A DNA stretch of 62,072 bases, counting the filler, from a candidate division TA06 bacterium SM23_40 (GTDB lineage: Bacteria > LJUI01 > SM1-40), in the NCBI GenBank assembly GCA_001303705.1. It is 5 parts of 5 records of this genome, joined end to end, with 100 filler letters (N's around TTAATTAATTAA, not from the genome) between each part and the next. Parts side by side here need not be neighbours in the genome. Positions count along the whole stretch, not along the records: positions 1 to 28,212 come from LJUI01000016.1; 4 more parts are not named here. One strand, given 5' to 3'. Under the pieces are notes generated by a model, which was given only the letters and a program-made list of their open reading frames with translations, did no database searches and was not told the DNA's origin. A program made the translations under genes and the position numbers. Below are positions 1 through 7,919 of this stretch, in pieces. The number at the start of each line of letters is the position of its first letter. Position 1 is the first letter of the stretch.

Positions 1-221
1 TCCGAGGCCACCACGATCGCCTTGGCCCAGAAATCGAGATCGCGGTTCCCATCACCGGTGTACACACCCTCGCCGACCAGCACAGTATCCCCATCGAAGG
101 CGGCATCGATGCCGCCCTGGATTGTCGGATACTCTATCGGAACGTGCAGCACAAACGCCGGAGCAGTCACGGATACCCCGACGCACAAGACTGCACAGCA
201 CAACCACGCTAATGCTCTCAC
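1..221 (-). CDS. 5' part of a secreted parallel beta-helix repeat protein (runs off the window)
   Basis: Manual translation from GTG at 221 (GGAGG RBS): MRALAWLCCAVLCVGVSVTAPAFVLHVPIEYPTIQGGIDAAFDGDTVLVGEGVYTGDGNRDLDFWAKAIVVAS. Same N-terminal motif as the paralogs at 697-1887 and 2065-3702. Confidence 0.85.
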   Translation of the reverse strand, partial: MRALAWLCCAVLCVGVSVTAPAFVLHVPIEYPTIQGGIDAAFDGDTVLVGEGVYTGDGNRDLDFWAKAIVVAS

Positions 222-462
222 GGCCTCCCCCTTCCCTCAGACTGCGCTCCCCGGTCAGAGATCGAGCATGAGTCCGACACTGCTTCGGAGCGGGAACCCG
301 GTACTTCGCGCCGCATACCCGACGGGCAGAATCGGACATACTCCAGGCCGAGGCACGACCGAATCGATCCTCGAACGGCACGCCACCCACATGGCAGACC
401 GTCATGTTCATTGCTATCCTATCATAACATGGCCACCCATGTCAAGGTCCCGTACGTGCCCG

Positions 463-550
463 TGTAAAGACAAACTAGAAATCCCCGGTTCTTGGCAAAA
501 TAGAAATGTCCTGTTTTGCCCCAATACGACATTATCACTTCGCTGTTGCA
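463..550 (-). mobile_element. 88-bp MITE-like element with IS1202/ISNCY-type ends
   Basis: AT-rich insert TGTAAAG...GTTGCA flanked by a 17-bp direct repeat (446-462 GGTCCCGTACGTGCCCG / 551-567 GATCCCGTACGTGCCCA). The minus strand carries GGACATTTCTATTTTGC-type motifs. Homologous to 46700-46812. Confidence 0.7.
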
Positions 551-601
551 GATCCCGTACGTGCCCATTGCAACCCGTCTCAGAGAAAATCTCCCCCACA
601 G

Positions 602-631
602 AAAACGAGAGCCCCCACAGCGGGAGCCCTC
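602..631 (-). terminator. Rho-independent terminator
   Basis: Minus strand GAGGGCTCCC-GCTGT-GGGGGCTCTC followed by GTTTT, downstream of the gene ending at 697. Confidence 0.55.
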
Positions 632-696
632 ATTTCGATCTCGATCATTTGCTCAATGCCAGAGATGAAACTCTCGTTCTCGATTGCGGGGGAGCC

Positions 697-1887
697 TCAC
701 CAGACGATCTGCTCCTCCCCGCTGGACGATGCTGGCTCGTGCACGGTGAACCAGATCGTATCCTCGTCCCACACTTCCTCCGGGAATCCCGCGCTGGCCG
801 AGAGACGCCATGTGCCCAGCGGAGTCTGCCACGGTACGTTGTACCGTTGGAGCGTCTGCCAGGAGGAGTTCGCCGCGAAGGTCGTGTACGCCGGACCCTG
901 CAGCGGATTATGCGGCCACGGCTCCCCTTCGGGTGTCCACAGCTCGACGATCCCCCAGCAGGACTTGGGTTCATCGTGGCAGTTCACGACGCTGTACAGC
1001 ACTCTCCAGCGGTCTCCTGCGGCGACGGACTTCGATTCCGGTGTCACATAGACCACCAGCTCCTTCGACTGGTCGAAGAAGAGCGCACCCATGTCGCCCC
1101 GCGTACTATCAGGATCAAGGGAATCAGGATGGCCTGCATCGATGCTGGGTGAGGGCCAGAGCAGGCGTACGTCCCGTCTTCCGACCCGCACGAACATCGG
1201 ATCCTCGTCCAGGTTCCCGAGCCCCGTCCAGCCGCCCTCGACGTTGCTGTAGGTGACGATGGGCTCACTGCTCAGATCCACGTGGATACTGCTCCCCGTC
1301 CCTGCCTGGTTGTTCCAGACGATGCTGTTGAAGACCGTAGGGTAGGAGTGATAGAAGCAGACTATCCCGCCGCCTTCGTCAGCCTGGTTCCCCCCAATGG
1401 TATTGCTTGCGATGATCGGGTCAGAGGCAGTACAGGCGATTCCCCCGCCATAGTACGCCACATTCCGAACGATCACATTGCCGACGATCGTCGGCGAAGA
1501 AGCCAGGGCACATCGAATCCCTCCCCCGCCGCCAGGAAACCACCCGTTCGTGATCGTGAACCCCTTTATCACTGACTCCGGACCCTCTCCACGTGTGAGG
1601 TAGAAGGCACGGTGGGGATCGGAGCTGTGACCTTCACAATCGATGATCGTTGCCTCCGGTCCGTTCTCCGACATGACCACGATCGCCTTGCCCCAGAAGT
1701 CGATATCGCGGTTTCCGTCCCCCGTGTACATACCATCTGCCACGACTACAGTATCACCATCGACCGCGGCATCGACTCCCGCCTGGATGGTGGGATACTC
1801 GCTCGGTACACTGAGAACGAATGCCGAGAGATCGAGACACAGCCCGAGCACCATACCAACACCTGCGATAATCGCCAACGTCCTCAC
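697..1887 (-). CDS. Secreted right-handed parallel beta-helix (Pmp-like GGGI repeat) protein with shared C-terminal domain
   Basis: Likely GTG start at 1887 with a purine-rich RBS and signal peptide; VPSEYPTIQAGVDAAVDGDTV motif; GGGIxC repeats; SPSIDAGHP...DMGA motif; ~105-aa C-terminal module. Confidence 0.85.
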   Translation of the reverse strand: MRTLAIIAGVGMVLGLCLDLSAFVLSVPSEYPTIQAGVDAAVDGDTVVVADGMYTGDGNRDIDFWGKAIVVMSENGPEATIIDCEGHSSDPHRAFYLTRGEGPESVIKGFTITNGWFPGGGGGIRCALASSPTIVGNVIVRNVAYYGGGIACTASDPIIASNTIGGNQADEGGGIVCFYHSYPTVFNSIVWNNQAGTGSSIHVDLSSEPIVTYSNVEGGWTGLGNLDEDPMFVRVGRRDVRLLWPSPSIDAGHPDSLDPDSTRGDMGALFFDQSKELVVYVTPESKSVAAGDRWRVLYSVVNCHDEPKSCWGIVELWTPEGEPWPHNPLQGPAYTTFAANSSWQTLQRYNVPWQTPLGTWRLSASAGFPEEVWDEDTIWFTVHEPASSSGEEQIVW

Positions 1888-2064
1888 TGTCTTTCTCCCT
1901 CCCCTTGCCCCTCGGGGACGTTCAGCCGGTCCTTCTCCCAGGAGAACCCGCTGTGAACCATCTCTATATCCCCTCCACAGCCCGAATCGCGCCCACAGCC
2001 CTCCACTTCGCCCCCTCCAGGCTTGCCAAGACAGGGTGGGGGCCGGAGCCCGTCTTCTATTCAC

Positions 2065-3702
2065 CTACGGCTCCACCACCCTGATAGTGAACCTGTCCGT
2101 GTCGTACAGCGTTGCCGGAGGAAGTCCGATGCCGGAGCGATATCCGTACGTGCCGGCCACCGCGGACAGAGGCACATCGTGAACGAGGTGGCGTTGCACC
2201 ACGGCCCCTGCCGGCAGGGTGTAGTGGTCCGGCCCCAGAACGGTCCGAGTGCCGCCGCCCGGCAGGACTGTCTCACTGAGCACCCACATCAATTCAGGCT
2301 GTGCCCAGCGGTTGATCACGGTGTATGTCACTCCGAGCTGCCCGCCGGCAGAGACCTGAGATGTGTCAGGCGTCAGATAGAGCGTCAGATAGTCATCCTG
2401 GTCGAAGAAGTACGCACCTATGTCGCTCCGCGTGCCGTCCCCATCGAGTGAATCCGGATGTCCGGCGTCGATGCAGAGCGACCCCCAGAGAAGTCGAAAA
2501 TCGCGTCGCTCCGCCAGGACGAAGAGCGGATCCACGTCGAGGTTGCCCTCGCCGGGCCACCCCCCCTCCACATCGCAGTATGTCACCACCGGATACGACT
2601 CGAACTCCGCTATGATCTCGTCAGCCTCATTGCCCCAAAGGACGGTATTATTGATGGCGGGCGAACTGAAGCCCCACGCGTAGAGGCCGCCTCCCAAGGA
2701 ATCTGCGGAGTTTGCAGTTATCGTATTTCGATTGATAGCAGGCGATGCGAACGAGAGGAGATACATCCCCCCTCCTAACAGAGAGCTGTTGCGGGCGATG
2801 ACATTGCGAGCGAACGTCGGAGACGCCGCGATGCACGAAACGCCGCCGCCATACCAGCCGCTGCTGTTGCCGACGATCCAGTTGCGCTCGATGAACGCCG
2901 CGGAGTAGTCGGCACAGAAGAGCCCACCAGCATCCACCTCCGATATGTTGCCCATTACCACGTTCCTGACGACGAGTGCCGGTGACCCCATGAGGCCGAT
3001 GGCGGCACCAGAGGCAGCGGTATTGGCCACGATCAGATTGTCTCTTATTTTTGGAGTAGAGTGCATGCACGAGATGGCACCGCCGGTCGTCCCGTGGTTG
3101 CCCCGGAAGGTGTTCCGTTCGATGATCGGCGCTGAATCTTCGCAGCGGATCCCGCCGCCGCCACAGATCCCTCACGTGCCCAGAGCGGTGTTATTCAGGA
3201 ACAGGTTCCCCACGATGAGTGCCATCGACGTATCTGCACAGTAAATCCCGCCACCATGATAGGCCACGTTGTCCTCTAGGATGCACTCTGTAATCGTCGG
3301 CGAGGATCCTTCGCACAATATCCCCCCACCGAAATCATAGGTAAAGTACCCGCCCCTGATGCCGAGCCCCTGAACCACAGAAGATTCGCGCTCCCCCTTG
3401 TTGAAGTGGAACGCGCGATGCCAATCGGAAGGGGTCCCCTGGCAATCGATGACCGTGGCTTCGGGCCCGTTCTGGGAGGACACGAGGATCGCCTTCCCCG
3501 TGAACTCCAGGTCGCGGTTCCCCGTGCCGGTGTACACCCCGTCGGCTATGAGCACGGTATCCCCATCGACTGCCGCATCGATCCCTGCCTGGATCGTCGG
3601 CTCTTCGGCGGGCACATGGATGACGAGCGCCAAAGCGCCCGTGGTCGGCGTGAGTAACATTGTCAGGACAGCCAGAATCGACAACCGGTTTCTGTTCATC
3701 AC
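2065..3702 (-). CDS. Secreted parallel beta-helix protein with in-frame UGA at codon 177 (candidate selenocysteine, UxxC) and shared C-terminal domain
   Basis: ORFs 3172-3702 and 2065-3066 share a frame and are separated by a single TGA (3172-3174). Read-through gives NNTALGT-U-GICGGGGIRCEDSAPIIERN and keeps the repeat register. Confidence 0.75.
3135..3174 (-). promoter_or_regulatory. SECIS-like hairpin after the in-frame UGA
   Basis: UGA G GGAUCU GUGGCG GCGGCG GGAUC CGCUGC GA AGAUUC: lower stem GGAUCU/AGAUUC, upper stem GCGGCG/CGCUGC, G-starting loop about 19 nt after UGA. Confidence 0.5.
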
Positions 3703-3934
3703 CTCTTCTCGCTATCTTCGTGTTGGCGGCCAGCGCGGAACATCGCCAGACGACGATGAGCCGCTACCTCGTCCTCTCACTTCACAGACCCCGACAGGTT
3801 GCCGGAAGAGCCCGCTCCTACTGCCGCGCGCGCCTTTCGGGGCGCGAGCGCTCTGCTTGCTCCGGTTCAATCCTCGCTTCGATGAGGAACCGCGCCCACG
3901 GGCGATCCGGCTCCTCTGGCGCCCGCTTCACAGG

Positions 3935-3963
3935 ATTATACACAACTATCGTCGCGAGATCAA
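3935..3963 (-). promoter_or_regulatory. sigma70-type promoter for the beta-helix genes
   Basis: Minus strand TTGATC-N17-TATAAT with an extended TG. Confidence 0.6.
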
Positions 3964-4070
3964 GCACTATCTTCGTGTGCGCGCCCCGAGGGCCAGACCG
4001 CCGTTCGATCTGCGCGAAACGCGCTTTCTGGCAAAGGACGCTGGATGCGGTGGGCGCTGTGACTTCGGCG

Positions 4071-4100
4071 TTGACAATCGTGACGGATTGCTGCTATAAT
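4071..4100 (+). promoter_or_regulatory. sigma70-type promoter for the S8 protease
   Basis: TTGACA-N18-TATAAT with an extended -10 (TGCTATAAT). Confidence 0.7.
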
Positions 4101-4373
4101 CCCTACCAGAGCCCCCTCCATTAACAACGCACCTGAGAAACGAACCCCGAAACGGCCCTCGCCCCGCCCATTTCGAGCCCTTCTCTATTGGTAGGAGCGG
4201 CTGTCACTCCGTTCCCCGTGCGGCGGACTCCACATACCAGGGAACACAGTCACTCATTTCCCTGTTCCCGCCAATAGGAGATGGCATCCGCACGGTCTCT
4301 CCAGGTGAGGAGCAGAAGTCGGCAAGCCCTCGACGGACCAGGGCATCCACCGTCCAACAGAAGGAGTGTTCTC

Positions 4374-6257
4374 ATGAAACGAGCAGCGGTCATGAGCGGA
4401 GCTCTCGTAATGGTGATGGCGTTTGGCGCACTGGCATCGACCTCGTTCGTCGGCATCACCGCTCCCCTTCGCGAACAGATGGCGATGGTCAACTCAGACG
4501 AGCTGATACGCGTCAACCTGGTGATGACCAATCACCTCGACCCCGGATACCTGTCAGAACGCGCCGCCGGCATGAGCAAGGTCGAGCGACGCCGCTTCGT
4601 GCTGGATGAGCTCAAGAGATTCTCGGAGAGCTCCCAACGGGAAGTGCGGGGATATCTCGAGAAGATGGAAGCGTCGGGACACGTAGACAACATCCAGATC
4701 ATCTGGATGGCAAATGCGATCAACTTCGAGGCCACTCCCGCGGTGATCGAACGCCTTGCCCGTTTGAAGGGAGTGCGGAGCATCGACTGGGACGAGCCGT
4801 TCCCCCTCGAGACCCTCCTCGATCTGCCGGAGAAGACCCCGCACAGGGTGGGCGCTGGCGACCAGTATCTCTGGAACCTGGAACGGATCAGGGCCCCTGA
4901 GGTCTGGGATCTCGGCTTCACCGGACAGGGGGTCGTCATCGGCAACATCGACACGGGCACGGACTACAACCACCCCGATCTGGCTGACCACATCTGGATC
5001 AACGAAGGTGAGATTCCCAATAACGGGATAGACGACGACAACAACGGCTATATCGATGACTGGCGGGGGTGGGATTTCGTCAACAACGATAACGATCCCA
5101 TGGACCAGAGCGGCCACGGCACCAGTACCGCCGGGATCGCTGCCGGGGATGGAACCGGAGGGACCCAGACCGGCGTCGCCCCTGATGCCGAGATCATGAT
5201 CCTCCTGAGCGGCGGCGAGGGACCGGCCTGGGCGGCTGTCCAGTATGCCGCCGACAACGGCGCCGATGTCGTCACCAGTTCACAAAGCTACAAGTTCGGC
5301 TATCACCAGCCGGATTACGGCATGTTCCGCCAGATGGCCGAGTATGAACTGGCGGCGGGCGTCATCCATTCCAATTCGATCGGGAACCAGGGTGGCGATC
5401 CGGCGCACCCCATCCCCTGGAACATCTCCACGCCGGGGAATTGCCCGCCGCCGTGGCTTCACCCGGACCAGACGCTCATCGGCGGGCTGTCGTCGACACT
5501 CGGTTGCGGCGCAACCGACATCAACGACATCATCAAGAGCTACTCCGGGCGCGGGCCGGCTGCCTGGGAAGACATCCAGGCGTACTACCCATCCTATCCT
5601 CATCCGATGCCGCCAGAGTACTGGGACTACCCCTACGACAACGGGAACCAGATGGGTCTGTTGAAGCCCGACGTGAGTGCGCCGACCGACGTGACGACGA
5701 CGCAGCTGGGTGGCGGGTATACCAGCGGCTTCAGCGGCACATCCGCAGCCACCCCCCATCTCGGCGGTTCGCTCTGCCTCATGCTCTCTGCGGCGCCCTC
5801 TGCCACGCCTGCCATGCTCTGCGAGGCGATCCAGATGACGGCGCTCGATCTGGGTGCCCCGGGCAAGGATAACTTGTATGGTGCCGGAAGGATCGACGTG
5901 TACGAGGCAGTGCAGGCGCTCATGGTCGGCGCGGTCTCTCTCCAGCTGGCACCGGGAACCTCGTCAGTGCCGCAGGGCGGGACGTTTGAGATCGAGGTGA
6001 CGGCCACCAATAACACCGGTGAGGTGCAGGTGTTCGACGCGTGGGCCGACGTCGTTCTCCCGAACAGCAATCCCTATGGGCCGGTGGCAGGTCCCAGGAC
6101 AGTGACCCTCGGCCCAAACCAGACCCGGGTCCGGACAGTCACACAGCGGATTCCTTCGACTGCGCCGCTGGGAGCCTACACGTACTGCGGGAAGATCGGC
6201 ACCTATCCTGATGACGTTATGGATCAGGACTGCTTCGACATCGAGGTGACACCGTAG
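4374..6257 (+). CDS. Secreted subtilisin-like S8 serine protease with shared C-terminal domain
   Basis: AAGGAG RBS and ATG at 4374; signal peptide and prodomain; catalytic motifs IDTG, HGTSTAG and SGTSAATP; GIDDDNNGYIDD Ca-binding-type loop. Confidence 0.93.
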   Translation: MKRAAVMSGALVMVMAFGALASTSFVGITAPLREQMAMVNSDELIRVNLVMTNHLDPGYLSERAAGMSKVERRRFVLDELKRFSESSQREVRGYLEKMEASGHVDNIQIIWMANAINFEATPAVIERLARLKGVRSIDWDEPFPLETLLDLPEKTPHRVGAGDQYLWNLERIRAPEVWDLGFTGQGVVIGNIDTGTDYNHPDLADHIWINEGEIPNNGIDDDNNGYIDDWRGWDFVNNDNDPMDQSGHGTSTAGIAAGDGTGGTQTGVAPDAEIMILLSGGEGPAWAAVQYAADNGADVVTSSQSYKFGYHQPDYGMFRQMAEYELAAGVIHSNSIGNQGGDPAHPIPWNISTPGNCPPPWLHPDQTLIGGLSSTLGCGATDINDIIKSYSGRGPAAWEDIQAYYPSYPHPMPPEYWDYPYDNGNQMGLLKPDVSAPTDVTTTQLGGGYTSGFSGTSAATPHLGGSLCLMLSAAPSATPAMLCEAIQMTALDLGAPGKDNLYGAGRIDVYEAVQALMVGAVSLQLAPGTSSVPQGGTFEIEVTATNNTGEVQVFDAWADVVLPNSNPYGPVAGPRTVTLGPNQTRVRTVTQRIPSTAPLGAYTYCGKIGTYPDDVMDQDCFDIEVTP

Positions 6258-6452
6258 CGGATCGCAGAGTGTCACTGACTGACAGTTCACTGACTATCAG
6301 TGATGAATGAAATGAGCGACCTCGCGGGATCCGCAGAACCGCGAGGTTGCTCATCTTTCGGCGCGAGTATTGACCTGAGCGCGGCCTCTCAGTGCCCACA
6401 CCGGCTCATCTGTATGCGAACGGCCCCCCAATTGTCAGTTGCTGCATGCAGG

Positions 6453-6480
6453 AAACAGGACCGCCGGTGCGGCGGTCCTG
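6453..6480 (-). terminator. Rho-independent terminator
   Basis: Minus strand CAGGACCGCC-loop-GGCGGTCCTG followed by TTT, just after the stop at 6510. Confidence 0.55.
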
Positions 6481-6509
6481 GCAACGCAGACCCTCTTTCA
6501 ACCGCTGCC

Positions 6510-7706
6510 TCACTTCGCCTCGTCCAGAGAGAGATATGGGAGGGCCGGTATCCTGCCGCACATCACGCTGTACGGGCCCGAACCAGCCGTCCAGATAACG
6601 GGGATATGAGTTGCCTGGGCCGGCACGCTCGGCGGCACATTAGGATGACGACAGTTACTCTCCCCCGTCGAGACCGCGAGCGGCATGATGCTCCAGTTGT
6701 TACCGTTCCACACTTTGTAGCAGATCGCTCTATCGCTCGGACCGCCCATAACACGCGAATAGACGACATAGAGCGTCTCACCAGAGCGCGTCAGCATCGG
6801 AAGAAAGTTGTTGTTGCCCGGATTCTCATCAACCACCCGATACTGCCACTCACCTGTGCCTCCCGAAAAATGCTTCCACGCATGCCGGAGCAACCCCGAA
6901 TAGTCCGTATCCTGCCACACAAGATGAAACGTACTGTCCCCTACCACCGAAACGCTGAACTGGCGCGTGCATGTCCCCCAGTAGATCGTCGAATCCGCAT
7001 GCCCCACCCACTCAGACCCATCCCACCTGTAATACCGATACCCCTGCCCATCATACCAGATCACCGCCGCCGGCTTCCCCATATACTCAACTGAGCCGAT
7101 CCGCACGTTCGAATACCCCGTCTCGCGAACATACCCCGAATCCGCCGGCGTCACATACCAGCTCGCACCACCATCCGTCGACCGGTGATACCGCACATTC
7201 CCCACCGCCGAATAGGAGGACCGCGTGAACACCCACACCGTATCGCCACCACTAGAGGCCAGCAGTGACCCCCGTTTCCAGTGCCCGGGCGCCACCGTGG
7301 CGAGCGTTACGACAGTGCGCAGATCCCCATATGTCCGGGCCGGTGCATCCATCCGCCTGAAACGCTGCGTCTGGTCACCGGCCTCGGGAAATGTGAAAAA
7401 GAGGTTCGACTTATCGTCACCGGCCATCATCGCATGGTAGTCGAGCCAGTTGGCAATGGTAATCGAGTCGGGATCGAGGCCTGTCCAGGTCAGCCCGCCG
7501 TCGGTGCTCATCTTGAGATTGCCCTGGTGCCGGCCGAACAGAACCCACCACCAGTCCGGGTTTTTCTGCGACACGTGCACCTTGTGCCGCGGTATGCCCA
7601 GAGTGGCATTGGGATCACTTGTCGTGGCAATCAGAATATCCGACAGGCTCTGCATCGAGGTGAGACAAACGGCACAAAGAACCGATAGGACTATGGCACG
7701 CAACAT
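6510..7706 (-). CDS. Secreted BNR/Asp-box (sialidase-like beta-propeller) protein
   Basis: ATG at 7706 after AGGAG; signal peptide; Asp-boxes STDGGLTW and STDGGASW. Confidence 0.7.
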   Translation of the reverse strand: MLRAIVLSVLCAVCLTSMQSLSDILIATTSDPNATLGIPRHKVHVSQKNPDWWWVLFGRHQGNLKMSTDGGLTWTGLDPDSITIANWLDYHAMMAGDDKSNLFFTFPEAGDQTQRFRRMDAPARTYGDLRTVVTLATVAPGHWKRGSLLASSGGDTVWVFTRSSYSAVGNVRYHRSTDGGASWYVTPADSGYVRETGYSNVRIGSVEYMGKPAAVIWYDGQGYRYYRWDGSEWVGHADSTIYWGTCTRQFSVSVVGDSTFHLVWQDTDYSGLLRHAWKHFSGGTGEWQYRVVDENPGNNNFLPMLTRSGETLYVVYSRVMGGPSDRAICYKVWNGNNWSIMPLAVSTGESNCRHPNVPPSVPAQATHIPVIWTAGSGPYSVMCGRIPALPYLSLDEAK

Positions 7707-7919
7707 CTCTCTCTCCTGCGGAACACGTCCCTCCACCACCTACCCAGTTCACAGCTTCCGCAGAGCCCGCACACATGGCCTCATTCGGCCAGCGCTTTCA
7801 TCCTGACCAGCATCTCCGCTTCCCGGGAAATGGATCTTATCGCCACCTACGCCACTGCCCCGTACTCCATGGATCCCCGCTCAACGCCATGTCTGCTCGG
7901 CAGCACGCCGTGTCACGCG

